Below are positions 1 to 12,070 of a stretch of DNA of 64,000 bases, piece by piece; positions within the stretch are counted from its first letter, which is position 1, and every line of letters begins with the position of its first letter. Source of the stretch: Octopus bimaculoides (taxonomy: Eukaryota); NCBI RefSeq assembly GCF_001194135.2, contig NC_069010.1, positions 9,440,720-9,504,719 on the forward strand, in the 5' to 3' direction. The notes beneath the pieces are model-generated. The model was not told the origin of the DNA. It was given only the letters and a program-made list of their open reading frames with translations, and made no database searches. The position numbers were made by a program, and so were the translations under genes.

Positions 1-1
1 T

Positions 2-1186
2 GAAGGAAGTGGCTTAGTTATTCACAAACGAATTCATACAGGAGAAAAACCATACGAGTGTGACGTCTGTGGTAGATTATTCGCTCAAATCAGCCGATTA
101 ACCAGACACAAACGCATTCACACAGGGGAGAAACCGTATCAGTGTGATATCTGTGGTAAATCATTTTCCTTGATCACGACCTTAACTAAGCACAATCATA
201 TTCACACAGGCGAGAAGCCGTATCTTTGCAACATTTGTGGTAAATCTTTTTCTCTTCTAGGTAGCTTAACCACTCACAAACGCAGTCATACAGGAGAGAA
301 ACCATATCACTGTGATGTCTGTGGTAAATATTTCTCAGTAATAAGTAACTTGACTAAACACAAACTCACTCATACGGGAGAGAAACCACACCACTGTGAT
401 ATCTGTAATAAATCATTCTCTCAGAAAGGGCATTTGATTACACATCAATATATACATACAGGAGAGAAACCATATCACTGTGATATGTGCGGGAAATCGT
501 TTGCTTCCAGGAGTCACTTAACAAAACACTATCGCATTCACACCGGTGAGAAACCGTACCGCTGCAATATCTGTGGTAGATCTTTCGCTGCAAGTAACAC
601 TTTAAATGCTCATAGAAACACTCATACGGGTAAGAATTCATGCCATTATGGGAGGTCGTCCTCCGTAAGAAGTGCCTTGGCTAAGCACAAATGCATTAAT
701 AATGCACGAGACAAACCGTTTCGCTGCGACGTCTGTGGGAAATCGTTCTCTACAGGAACTATCTTAACCACGCATAAACGTATTCACACTGGGGAGAGAC
801 CTTATGATTGCGATATCTGTGGTAAATCGTTCTCGCAAAAAGAAAACTTAATTAATCATAAACGTGTTCACACAGGAGAGAAGCCATATCGCTGTGATAT
901 CTGTGGTAAATCGTTCTCTGAACGCAGCAGCTTAACTAAACACAAGCGTATTCATACAGGAGAGAAACCATATCATTGTGATGCCTGTAATAAATCATTC
1001 TCTCAGATAAGTCACTTAACTAAACACAAATTCACTCATACAGGAGAGAAACCATTTCATTGTGATGCCTGTAATAAATCATTCTCTCAGATAAGTCACT
1101 TAACTAAACACAAATTCACTCATACGGGGAGAGAAACCATATCACTGATGTCTGTGATAAATCATTCTCGGAAAACTCAAATTTGA
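2..1186 (+). CDS. C2H2 zinc-finger array protein (ZNF gene 1), 5'-truncated by the window edge
   Basis: Open frame from base 2 ([23 protein letters not shown]...) to TGA at 1184-1186. It has 12 complete CxxC-x12-HxxxH fingers with TGEKP linkers, one partial finger at the edge and one zinc-less internal finger. The last ~18 codons are out of finger frame after a +1 slip near 1127-1131. Confidence 0.9.
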   Translation, partial: EGSGLVIHKRIHTGEKPYECDVCGRLFAQISRLTRHKRIHTGEKPYQCDICGKSFSLITTLTKHNHIHTGEKPYLCNICGKSFSLLGSLTTHKRSHTGEKPYHCDVCGKYFSVISNLTKHKLTHTGEKPHHCDICNKSFSQKGHLITHQYIHTGEKPYHCDMCGKSFASRSHLTKHYRIHTGEKPYRCNICGRSFAASNTLNAHRNTHTGKNSCHYGRSSSVRSALAKHKCINNARDKPFRCDVCGKSFSTGTILTTHKRIHTGERPYDCDICGKSFSQKENLINHKRVHTGEKPYRCDICGKSFSERSSLTKHKRIHTGEKPYHCDACNKSFSQISHLTKHKFTHTGEKPFHCDACNKSFSQISHLTKHKFTHTGRETISLMSVINHSRKTQI

Positions 1187-1257
1187 CAAGACACAAAGAT
1201 ATTCACAGAGAAGAAAGACCATGTCACTGTTGACATGTGTGGTAGAATGTTCTTTAA

Positions 1258-1753
1258 CCCTTTAGCATTTAAACCAGGCCCAAATATTTCTGTTTATTCT
1301 ATGTTGAAACTAACCAGATCTTACCTCTCACACCTACCTTGCAATGTCATTTCTAAAGGTAAACTATCATCATCATCATTGTTTAACGTCCGCTTTCCAT
1401 GCTAGCATGGGTTGGACGATTTGACTGAGGACTGGTGAAACCAGATGGCTGCACCAGGCTCCAATCTGATCTGGCAGAGTTTCTACAGCTGGATGCCCTT
1501 CCTAACGCCAACCACTCAGAGAGTGTAGTGGGTGCTTTTACGTGCCACCAGCACGAAGGCCAGTCAGGCGGTACTGGCAACGGCCACGCTCAAAATGGTG
1601 TATTTTACATGCCACCTGCACAGGAGCCAGTCCAGCGGCACTGGCACGATCTCGCTTGATGAAATCTTAAAGCTATGAAATAATGCATGATTAATTCTAA
1701 ACAGTTTGAATAAATAAGCATTACATTTGACAGAGTATCTGAATATTAAAGAA
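1258..1753 (+). mobile_element. piggyBac-like (TTAA) MITE with a nested SINE
   Basis: TTAA-CCCTTTAG start at 1254 and a degenerate TAAAGAA-TTAA end at 1757. Both halves align with the intact copy at 53868-54088. A SINE occupies ~1367-1660. Confidence 0.8.
1367..1660 (-). mobile_element. SINE family B ((GAT)n tail, GGCGTTAGGAAGGGCATCCAGC core, Nin-domain-like)
   Basis: Near-identical copies at ~2108-2445(-), 15395-15560(+) and 26285-26570(+); partial copies at ~39945-40140, 58540-58805 and 59560-59750. The family name is from memory and is tentative. Confidence 0.75.
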
Positions 1754-3629
1754 TTAATGGAAGTACCTCAACTAAACCCACATTTATTCATTACAAGACA
1801 GAAACCATATCACTGTGATAAAACGTTCTCTCTGTTAAGTCTCTTCCCTTCGGACAGCTACATTGATAAAGGAGAGAAGCCATATCAATGTAATTCTTTC
1901 TCTCAGAATGACTTAAGCCAGTGGCTCTCAACCGGGGTCTATATAAGATTTTTGAGGATCCATGCAACAAAATAGGTAAATTGAGGATCCATGATGGTAT
2001 TTTAAGGGACCCTGAAAAAATTTTATTTTAGCTGTATGTATTCTTTTCAAATAAACATTGGATCATACCAAATTTATTTGTTTCTCATTATTTCTACTAA
2101 CAATAATCATCATCATCGTTTAACGTCCGCTTTCCATGCTAGCATGGGTTGGACGATTTGACTGAGGACTGGTGAAACCGGATGGCAACACCAGGCTCCA
2201 ATCTGATCTGGCAGAGTTTCTACAGCTGGATGCCCTTCCTAACGCCAACCACTCGAAAACGGCCACGCTCGAAATGGTGTCTTTTATGTGCCACCCGCAC
2301 AAGAGCCAGTCCAGGGGCACTGGCAACGATCTCGCTCGAAAACCCTACAAAGGCCAGTCAGGCGGTACTGGCAATGGTCACGCTCAAGATGGTACATCTT
2401 ATGTGCCACCCGCACAAGAGCTAGTCCAGGGGCACTGGCAACGATATATATNNNNNNNNNNNNNNNNNNNNNNNNNNNNNNNNNNNNNNNNNNNNNNNNN
2501 NNNNNNNNNNNNNNNNNNNNNNNNNNNNNNNNNNNNNNNNNNNNNNNNNNNNNNNNNNNNNNNNNNNNNNNNNNNNNNNNNNNNNNNNNNNNNNNNNNNN
2601 NNNNNNNNNNNNNNNNNNNNNNNNNNNNNNNNNNNNNNNNNNNNNNNNNNNNNNNNNNNNNNNNNNNNNNNNNNNNNNNNNNNNNNNNNNNNNNNNNNNN
2701 NNNNNNNNNNNNNNNNNNNNNNNNNNNNNNNNNNNNNNNNNNNNNNNNNNNNNNNNNNNNNNNNNNNNNNNNNNNNNNNNNNNNNNNNNNNNNNNNNNNN
2801 NNNNNNNNNNNNNNNNNNNNNNNNNNNNNNNNNNNNNNNNNNNNNNNNNNNNNNNNNNNNNNNNNNNNNNNNNATATATATAATAATATTAGGGACAAAA
2901 TCCCAAATTACAGGTAAAAACTCAATTAAAATCAATTTATAAAAAATTGAAATTAAATTGAGCTTTATAGATGAAATATATATTATACTAATTTATTGTG
3001 CTTTTAATTGTTAATTTTTCTATCTGTGATAGTGGATTTTCATCGATGAGTTCTTGAAACTCGGTTATTTTCCCTAAAACTATATATATATATATATACA
3101 CACACACCACTGAACAAGTGACATTGACAAGAAAAGAATTTCATTGCGTGCACGCGAGAGATAACAAAATTTTAAAATTTGTTAATGGCAAAGCTGAAAT
3201 AATATTGGCACCATTGTTCTAACAATTTCCCTGGTATTCTATTCTATTCTATTCTAAACCATTGGCTAAATCCAATGGAAAATAAACAACGGTCCCTTTA
3301 TAAGGACCATTGGCGCCATATTAATATAGTTGGCATAAGTGTGGCTGTGTGATTAAAAAGCTTTCTTCCTGACCACATGGTGTCAATTTCGATCCCACTG
3401 TGGCATCTTGGGTAAAGGTCTTTTAGACCCACGACTGACACAAAGACGTGAGTAGATGTGGTAGACAGAAACTGGAAGAAGCTGTTGTAAATGTACGCTT
3501 GGTGTTTGTATATATACCCTTGGTCTTGTGTCATAGGATGGTTCTAAATAAGCATTGTTCTCATGTAAATAAAAATCCCATTTCCTATTTTCCGTGAAAA
3601 CTGTCTCCCATTGTGCAGAATATTCTTTA

Positions 3630-4010
3630 TTCTTTTACTTGTTTCAGTCATTTGACTGTGGCCATGCTGGAGCACTGCCTTTAGTCGAGAAAATCGACCC
3701 CCGGAGCTTATTCTTTGTAAGCCTAGTACTTATTCTATCGGTCTCTCTTTTGCCGAACCGCTAAGTTACGGGGACGTAAACACACCAGCATCGGTTGTCA
3801 AGCAATGCTAGGGGGGCAAACACAGACACACACACACACACACACATATATACGATGGGCTTCTTTCAGTTTCCGTCTACCAAATCCACTCACAAGGCTT
3901 TGGTCGGTCCGAGGCTATAGCAGAAGACACTTGCCCAAGGTGCCACACAGTGGGACTGAACCCGGAACCATGTGGTAAGCAAGCTACTTACCACACAGCT
4001 ACTCCTGCAC
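3630..4010 (-). mobile_element. tRNA-derived SINE family A (most abundant repeat in the window)
   Basis: The head has a B-box-like GGTTCAGTCCC followed by GGCACCTTGGGCAAGTGTCTT; the 3' end is GGTGCTCCAGCATGGCCGCAGTCAAATGACTGAAACAAGTAAAAGAGT. Other copies at about 8090-8500, 20270-20625, 31905-32295, 37340-37675, 40520-41030, 44705-45100, 52665-52830, 53300-53625, 59130-59350, 60040-60210 and 63675-64000. Confidence 0.85.
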
Positions 4011-4058
4011 CTATAGCAGACATTAAGACAATGGTGATGGTGTATCCGGGGGTTTATC

Positions 4059-4200
4059 CACTAGCGTGGATAGATGTGGGCAGTGTGGGCAGCACCACCT
4101 CTGGGTCTGCTGTAGGCAATATGTATCTCTTATGGGGACCTGGAGGTGGCAAAAGTAGGGCTGACCCAGGTGGCACACACACACACTAGCTATGCTTGTG
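4059..4200. mobile_element. hAT-type MITE
   Basis: Termini CACTAGCGTGG...CTAGCTATGCTTGTG with an 8-bp TSD GGTTTATC/GGTTTGTC. The same family occurs at 24477-24641. Confidence 0.7.
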
Positions 4201-4661
4201 GGTTTGTCTTCACAAAGATGTTAAAATATTTCTTCTGTTGTATCTCAACATTTAAAATACCCTCCATACTTTAAACTGTTTCTCTTTATTTCAGAATACC
4301 AAATTACTGGAATTAACGAATGTTGTTTTTACCTTGGGAACATTATCATATTTAAAATACTAAAGAGAGATGTTGGCGAGAATAGATGTCTGCTGTTTCT
4401 ATAAATCTTTAGTAGAATTAGCATGGAATATTTTCTCTTACCAGCAACATTTCCAAACTTGCATATCTGAAATGTGTACAAGATGGTTTTGTATTCACAC
4501 TGAGTTTGGATTACACTGAAGTTTGTGACGTTTTCATATATTGACTGAAAATCACAGTTGATGGAAATATAGCAGATGAAATATTTGTTATGAATTAAAT
4601 ATAAAACCAGGAAGAAGAAGAAGAAATATCTATTTTATGCAATGAGAGATAAAGATATATC

Positions 4662-5762
4662 ATGGAAAATGAATTGTGTGAGGAGAAAATTAAATGTGAA
4701 CAAAAATGTAATTGGGATGATTTCCCCGATGAGATGCCAAATAAAACAGAAAAACCAAACTCCTGTGAGTCATTCTCTCAAAAAGATGACCAAGTTTTTC
4801 ACAGACAAATTCATACAGGAGAGAAGACACATCACTGTAATATCTGTGGTAAATCATTCTCTGCAGAAAGAAAATTAAGAAGACACAGAAGTATTCATAC
4901 AGCAGAAAGACTTTATCACTGTGAAATCTGTGGTCGATCATTTTCTGCAAGAGGTAAATTAAATAGACACAAACGGATCCATACAGGAGAGAAGCCATAT
5001 CACTGTGATATTTGTGGCAAAGCATTCTCTGAAGGAAGCAGCTTAACTAAACACAAACGTGTTCATACAGGAGAGAAGCCATATTATTGTGATGTATGTG
5101 GTAAATCATTCTCTATAAATGGTGATTTAACTCGACACAAACGCATTCATACAGGAGAGAGACCATATCACTGTAATGTGTGTGGCAAAGCATTCTCCCA
5201 AAGATGTCACTTAATTACACATCAATATATTCATACAGGAGAGAGACCCTACCACTGTAATATCTGTGGTAAATCATTTTCTGATGGCGGTCACTTAATT
5301 ACTCACAAGCGTACACATACAGGAGAGAAACCATATCCCTGTGATATCTGTGGTAAATCGTTCTCTTCAGGGAGCAACTTAACGAATCACAAACGTATTC
5401 ACACAGGAGAGAAACCGCATCGTTGTGATATCTGCGACAAGTCATTTGCTCAGAGGGGTCACTTGACAACACACCAATATATTCATGCAGGAAAGAAGCC
5501 GTATGCCTGTGATATCTGTGATAAATCATTCTCTCTATTAGGTTTGTTAACTTCACACAAACACGTTCACACAGGAGAGAAACCATATCAGTGTGAAGTC
5601 TGCGGTAAATCATTTGCCCAAAATTCGAATTTAACTCAACACGAACACACTCACAGAGGAGAGAGACCATATCACTGTGAGATATGTGGTAAAGCTTTCT
5701 CTCGAAATGATTATTTAACTACACACAAACACATTCATACAGAAGATAAACTGCACAACTAA
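4662..5762 (+). CDS. C2H2 zinc-finger protein (ZNF gene 2), 366 aa, 11 intact fingers, short acidic leader, no KRAB/SCAN domain
   Basis: ATG 4662 to TAA 5762 in one exon. A candidate acceptor TTTCAG|AATACCAA (exon start 4295) is shared with gene 3. Confidence 0.93.
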   Translation: MENELCEEKIKCEQKCNWDDFPDEMPNKTEKPNSCESFSQKDDQVFHRQIHTGEKTHHCNICGKSFSAERKLRRHRSIHTAERLYHCEICGRSFSARGKLNRHKRIHTGEKPYHCDICGKAFSEGSSLTKHKRVHTGEKPYYCDVCGKSFSINGDLTRHKRIHTGERPYHCNVCGKAFSQRCHLITHQYIHTGERPYHCNICGKSFSDGGHLITHKRTHTGEKPYPCDICGKSFSSGSNLTNHKRIHTGEKPHRCDICDKSFAQRGHLTTHQYIHAGKKPYACDICDKSFSLLGLLTSHKHVHTGEKPYQCEVCGKSFAQNSNLTQHEHTHRGERPYHCEICGKAFSRNDYLTTHKHIHTEDKLHN

Positions 5763-7099
5763 CACCTGTGATAAATCATTTGTTGATGAACTCTTTTGAT
5801 ACGATCCCACCTGAAATCATCCCTGACTCTATGATACAGACTCCCTGTTTTGATTTAAGAAATATATGTGTAAACCATGAAAAAAACTATCTCTCACTGT
5901 ACAATGATAAACATCTTGTTTTCTGCATCATCATTTCTATTCCACTGCTCCACACTATGGCACCTTTTACTCCCTCACTCCCCGGTCTCCCTGCCCTATT
6001 TATTCCTACCCACCTTGTGCCTTCAATGGCCACCCTGAATACTTCATTACCACTTATGAAATTTTTTCTCTTCTCATTTTCTTTATGTAAAACAGATCGA
6101 GTTTTTCAGCGGGCCATTTAGCTTAATTTATAGAGAGTGCAAAAATGTTTCTTCTAAGCAAACAACTCTAGACTTGTTTTTTGAAAAGACATCCACAAGT
6201 CTGTCTACGAGTGCTTGTGAATCGGCGATCGTGTCTACAAGTGATGGTGTGCATGAGTCTAGTGTGAGTGAAAGTGATGCAGAAAATGATTATAATAAAA
6301 ATATTTTTCATTATAAATAATCTTGAAGTTCTTTTTTACTTTACATAAATTCTTCTTTACATTCTACTGCTGTTTTATTGCCATTTATTTATGAGTATTA
6401 TAAAATTTTATAGGTAAAACATTTTTTCTGGGAATGAATTAAGACTGTCCGTAAAGAAAATTCAAAAAATTTCTTTTTAAATATTTTTTTTTTTAATTTC
6501 GAAAAATTAAATTAAATATTTTTTTCATAATTGTATCAATTCCCATGTGTAGAACACAAATTCGCAAAAATTTTCTGAAAATTCCAAATAACGAAAAAGT
6601 TATGAGGGTTTATGTGAGGGGTGGGGTGCTTAAAGCAGAAATTCCGACAATTCTTTAAAATATTTGATTATAAAATGTAATAGGATTTTTTTTCTTAACA
6701 TCAAATGGCTCGGTGGGTCCACCTGAACAGAAGTGCAATGAAAGGGGTCCATAAAAATGGTTGAGATACCCAGGTCCAGACGGGGAAAGCACTCCCCCCC
6801 CCGGTCCCCAACCACATTGACATTTCGTAATCACCTGACATAAGCTGACCAATGACAATCCAGTTCTACTTAACCGAGCTAGCTTTGTCTCTCTCTCTCT
6901 CTCTCTCACAATTTCTTCCTCTCTCTCACTCACACTCATTCACTCTCTGTCTGTCTCTCTCTCACTCACACTCATTGTCTCTCTGTCTCTGTCTCTCTCT
7001 CTCATTCACTCTCTGTCTGTCTTTCTCTCACTCACACTCATTCTCTCTCTCTCTCTCTCTCTCATTCTCACTTACACTCATTCACCCTCTCTCTCTTTA

Positions 7100-7200
7100 T
7101 TGCAGTCGCCATATTCGCTCCTTTCTCTAACCCCGATTACCGTTTAACGTCTATCGAGAGACCCAGGGAGCTTCTTTCCGCCTCCGTAGATTCGCATCAA
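7100..7200 (+). promoter_or_regulatory. Candidate non-coding first exon / promoter of ZNF gene 3
   Basis: CpG-containing patch after a CT-rich tract, with CGCCATATT (YY1-like) at 7107-7115 and donor-like CAA|GTAGGT at 7201. The downstream acceptor gives an exon start at 9005. Confidence 0.4.
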
Positions 7201-9261
7201 GTAGGTTCTTTTGTTATTTTCTTACATTCAATCGTGTTTCCTTCGTCAATATCATGTTTACTTGTGTTCGATCTGTCCATGGATTAACGTAACAACTGTG
7301 ATCATAGATCTGCTCAGTCAGGCATGTCCTAGGGTTAAACAACAACAACAAACAGACGTAAATATCAACGTGATCGCTTGATCTCCTAGAAATAGATGCC
7401 ATGTTTACCTCAAATTACACGTCTCGGAGTTGACAATCCGAGATCGTGTCATAATGTAATTCTAGACGTATACTAACGTGAGATCAGTCAAGCATGACCA
7501 GTTGTTAAGCAGTAACAACAATCACCAGATTGGAACATCAACATGGTCGTTCGACCTTCCAGAAATAGTAGCCAAATTCCAGATATACTGTGAGAAGGCG
7601 GGCACAGTCGGGGCTGAGTTAAATAAATAATCAGATGAAATGTCAAGAAATCGTCAAGTTTATCTCTAAATGTTCCAATCTAGGAAATTGAAAACTACAT
7701 TAAATGATGTATTCCTAGATATACTATGACAAAGGGAAGACCAGAATAATTGTGGAGCGGAATTCTGGTTCAAGAATTCTATAAAACTTTTTTAATTTTT
7801 TAAAATTTTCGGAAAATTTTTTTCCGAACTTGTGTTCTTTCTATACGATTATGAAAAAAAAGAATGTTGTTTCTGTGTGTGATTTAAGGAAGATTTAGCT
7901 GTTATTTTTAGTACATCTCACGACCACCTGTATACCTTTCTCCTTTCTTTGTGACTGACATGTTTTTTTTTTAATATTCTCCCCTCCCCCCACCCTCCAT
8001 AAACACATCTAATGGAATGATGATGCACCCAGGGGTGATCCACTCGGAAAAATTTTCTGGAAATTCCAAAAAATAAAAAAAGTTATAGGCACAAGAGTGG
8101 CTGTGTGGNNNNNNNNNNNNNNNNNNNNNNNNNNNNNNNNNNNNNNNNNNNNNNNNNNNNNNNNNNNNNNNNNNNNNNNNNNNNNNNNNNNNNNNNNNNN
8201 NNNNNNNNNNNNNNNNNNNNNNNNNNNNNNNNNNNNNNNNNNNNNNNNNNNNNNNNNNNNTTGATCTTCTAGAAACAGTAGCCAAGTTTACCTGTCGTAT
8301 ATATGTATATATATGTAAGTGTGTCTGTGTTTGTCCCCCCAACATCGCTTGACAACCAATGCTGGTGTGTTTACGTCTCCGTAACTTAGCGGTTCAGCAA
8401 AAGACACCGATAGAATAAGTACTAGGCTTACAAAGAATAAGTCCTGGGGTCGATTTGCTTGACTAAAGGCGGTGCTCCAGCATGGCCGCAGCCAAATGGC
8501 TGAAAACAAGTAAAAGAGGGGGTTATATTGGTTGCTTAAACCGGAATTCCACCCATAGGCATGGCCTGTGGTTAAACATCAACATCAACTCATCCAATGT
8601 GACACGAACGTGGTTGTTTAGCCTTCCAGAAATGGCAGTCAAGTTTACACCTCTTTTTTTAGGGAAGGACGTGCACAGGCAGGCCTAAACCTGGGGTTTA
8701 AAACAACCATAAAATGACAGATGCTGCTTCTGCAACTAGAAGAAATTTTATTAACCCCTATTTCTGTAATTAAACCAATTTACTCTTTTACTTGTTTCAG
8801 TCATTTGCCTTTAGTCGAGCAAATCGACCCCCAGGACTTATTCTTTGTAAGCCTGGTACTTATTCTATCGGTCTCTCTTTTGCCGAACTGGAAAATGGAG
8901 TTTAAATGATAATGATGATTATTATCATAGGAATTTTGTAATATTTCTGCTGTTGTATGTATATATAATTTTCTCTAGTTTTCACTGTTTGTCTTTTATT
9001 TCAGAATACCAAGCATCAGAGTTTGGAATTGCGGTGAAATAACTTTCCCTGACTGAGTTTACGAATGAAACCTCCCTTGTTCTCTTTCTGGAGAAATATA
9101 CAGAGCGCGACTGAAGTTTGCAAATGTATTCATGTATTGACTAAAATCACAGCTGACGAAATACAGCAAACGAAATGTTTGTTATGAATAAAACATACAA
9201 CCAGAAAGAAGAAAGATATCACTGAATCGTATTGAGGAGAGAAAGAGACAAAAAAGAAAAC

Positions 9262-10844
9262 ATGGAAAATGAATTGCGTGAGGAGAAAGTCAAATGTGAG
9301 CAAGAATCAGAGAGATGTGATTTTCCAGATGAGACAACGAAAAATACAGAAGAGCCATCATTTCCCTGCGAGATTTGTAACAAAACATTTAATCAGAAAC
9401 GTAAACTCACTATACACAAGCGGACCCATACAGGCGAGAGACCATATCACTGTGATATCTGTGGCAGAATGTTCTCGAAAACTAGCCACTTGAGTCGGCA
9501 CAAATATATTCATACCGGAGAGAAACCATACGAGTGTGATATCTGTGGTAAATTATTTACGGTGGTAAGTAACTTGAGTAGACATAAGCGTATACATACG
9601 GGAGAGAAACCACACCACTGTGATATCTGTGGGAAGGCGTTCTCTGAAGCAAGTAACTTGACTAGACATATACGCATACATACGGGAGAGAAGCCATATC
9701 ACTGCGATATTTGTGGTAAATCATTCACCACAGATGGCGACTTAACTCGGCACAAGCGCATTCATACAGGAGAGAAACCATATCACTGTGATATCTGTGG
9801 TAAATCTTACTCTCAGAATTATGACTTAACTGTACACAGACGAGTTCATACAGGAGAAAAGCCATATCACTGTAATACCTGCGGTAAGTCATTCACTCAG
9901 AATCATGATTTAACTATACACGAACATATTCATACGGGAGAGAAACCATATCACTGTGATATTTGTGGCAAGGTGTTCACTGTAGTAAGCAACTTAACCA
10001 GACACAAACGCATTCATACAGGAGAGAAACCATATCATTGTGATATCTGTGGTAAGTCGTTCTCTCAGAATTATCAGTTAACTAGCCATATATACGTTCA
10101 TACGGGAGAGAAGCCATATCATTGTGATATCTGTGGGAAATCATACCCTGAGGGAAGCACCTTAAATAAACACAGACGTATTCACACAGGAGAGAAACCA
10201 TATCATTGTGTTATCTGTGGTAAATCATTCTCACAATTAAGTTACTTAACTCGACACAAATACAGTCACACAGGAGAGAAGCCATATCGCTGTGATATCT
10301 GTGGTAAATCTATGTCCTCTCTAACTAACTTAACTAATCACAGGCATATTCACACAGGGGAAAAACCATATCAGTGTGATATCTGTGGTAAGTCCTTTTC
10401 CGATGGGAGTCACTTGGCTGGGCACAAACGCATTCATACAGGAGAGAAACCATACCCTTGTGATATCTGTGGTAAATCGTTCTCTGAAAGAAGTAACTTG
10501 ACTAAGCACAAACGTGTTCACACAGGAGAGAAACCACATCACTGTGATATCTGTGGAAGATCTTTCTCTCAGAAAATTCACTTAACTACTCACAAATACA
10601 TGCATACAGGTGAGAAGCCATATCCATGCGATATCTGTGGTAGATCATTCTCATCTGGGAGTCACCTAACTAAGCATTATCGTATTCACACGGGAGAAAA
10701 ACCATATCAGTGTGACATCTGCGGTAAAGCTTTCTCCAGACGAAGTACCTTGATTTCGCATAAATACATCCATACAGGTGAAAAGCCGAATCACAGTGAT
10801 AAATCATCGTCTGTGAGGAATGCCTTGACCGATTACAGACAAAT
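9262..10844 (+). CDS. C2H2 zinc-finger protein (ZNF gene 3), at least 17 intact fingers; 3' end lost in an assembly gap
   Basis: ATG at 9262 ([14 protein letters not shown], paralogous to the gene 2 leader). The frame is open into the N-run at 10845. The stop at 10977 in the ORF track lies beyond the gap and is unreliable. Confidence 0.92.
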
Positions 10845-11099
10845 NNNNNNNNNNNNNNNNNNNNNNNNNNNNNNNNNNNNNNNNNNNNNNNNNNNNNNNN
10901 NNNNNNNNNNNNNNNNNNNNNNNNNNNNNNNNNNNNNNNNNNNNAAAAACCCAAGAAATAGCAAAATAAAATGTTAAAAATACAACCTCCTCTCTTCCTG
11001 TTTTTCACCATTGTGGGCCAATGAGAAAGCCTCTATAGGATTAATTGATATGCTAGAAATAGCAGTTAAGTTACAGGCTGTTGTCATAAAAATAGGAAG

Positions 11100-11560
11100 G
11101 ACTGATTGGATAATGTAGTCAATGGGATGGTCACAGCTGGAGCATATTTAATCAGAACTGACATGGAAGTTAAACATGACACCAGCAATATGTAGTCCTA
11201 GATGCACTATGCCTGAATAAGAGATGGGATGGTTACAGCTGAAACATCTTTGGTCCTAGGTCTGCTGGATCAGGACTGGCCTGGGGTTAAACAACAATAA
11301 AGAAGGACACATTAAATAATGTAGTCCTAGATACACTATGTCTGACTAAAAGACAGGATGGTCATAGTTGAAACATCTTTGATCATAGGTCTCCTGGATC
11401 AGGACTGACCTGGGGTTAAACAATAACAGGGAAAGTCACATTAGATAATGTAGTCCTAGGTATGCTACAAATGTAAGACAGGAGAGTCACAGCTGGAACG
11501 TCTGATCTAACTGAAGCTGACCAAGGCCTCAACAACAACAGGGAATCTCTCTGGTTATTC
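11100..11560 (+). repeat. Tandem array of a ~120-bp dispersed repeat unit
   Basis: About 4 diverged copies of ...CTAGATACACTATG..GGATGGTCACAGCTGGAACATCTTTGATC..GGATCAGGACTGACCTGGGGTTAAACAACAA. A second array lies at ~34830-35400, with single copies at ~44470-44680 and 63230-63300. Confidence 0.7.
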
Positions 11561-11859
11561 AACCTGCTAGAAATAGCAGCAATACCATTAAAACAAAGGA
11601 CAAACGAGACAACAGAGTCCTCCCACTTCTCTAATACTTTGTCCCCCCAGCATAAAGCTGACCACCACCCCTAACTCCTTCCAGGGTTTATCATCCTGTA
11701 AATCGGAATGGTAACATCAACAGTTCTGGTGCCATGAAAAAAGTACCCAGAATACACTGTGGCAGTTGACATTAGGAAGGGCCCCCAGCCATAGAAACCA
11801 TATTAAATAAGAAACGTTAGGAAAAAAAATAGGGGGCGGCAAGCTGTCCAAAAACGTTA

Positions 11860-12070
11860 GGGGGCCGGGCGAAATGCTTAGCGGTATTTCGTCTGCCGCT
11901 ACGTTCTGAGTTCAAATTCCGCCGAGGTCGACTTTGCTTTTCATCCTTTCGGGGGGTTGATTAAATAAGTACCAGTTATGCACTGGCGTTGATATAATCG
12001 ACTTAATTCGTTTGTCTGCCTTTGTTTGTCCTCTCTGTGTGTAGCCCCTTGTGAGCAGTAAAGAAATAAG
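11860..12070 (+). mobile_element. SINE family C (tRNA-like head plus GCCTTTCATCCTTTCGGGGTCGAT core, Meta-domain-like)
   Basis: Copies at about 14640-14810, 21010-21190, 28210-28420, 35720-35870, 52990-53170, 54430-54620 and 62770-62910(-). The family name is tentative. Confidence 0.7.

Larger units (their letters stand above)
1187..1920 (+). pseudogene. Decayed zinc-finger repeats past the stop of ZNF gene 1
   Basis: Alternate frames read [36 protein letters not shown], then after a transposon NGSTSTKPTFIH-TRQKPYHCD..GEKPYQC, with indels and lost Cys/His. Confidence 0.8.

Noticed and set aside
10945-10977. Apparent C-terminus KNPRNSKIKC* of ZNF gene 3
   Set aside because: It lies after a 100-N placeholder gap, so the frame across the gap is not known.
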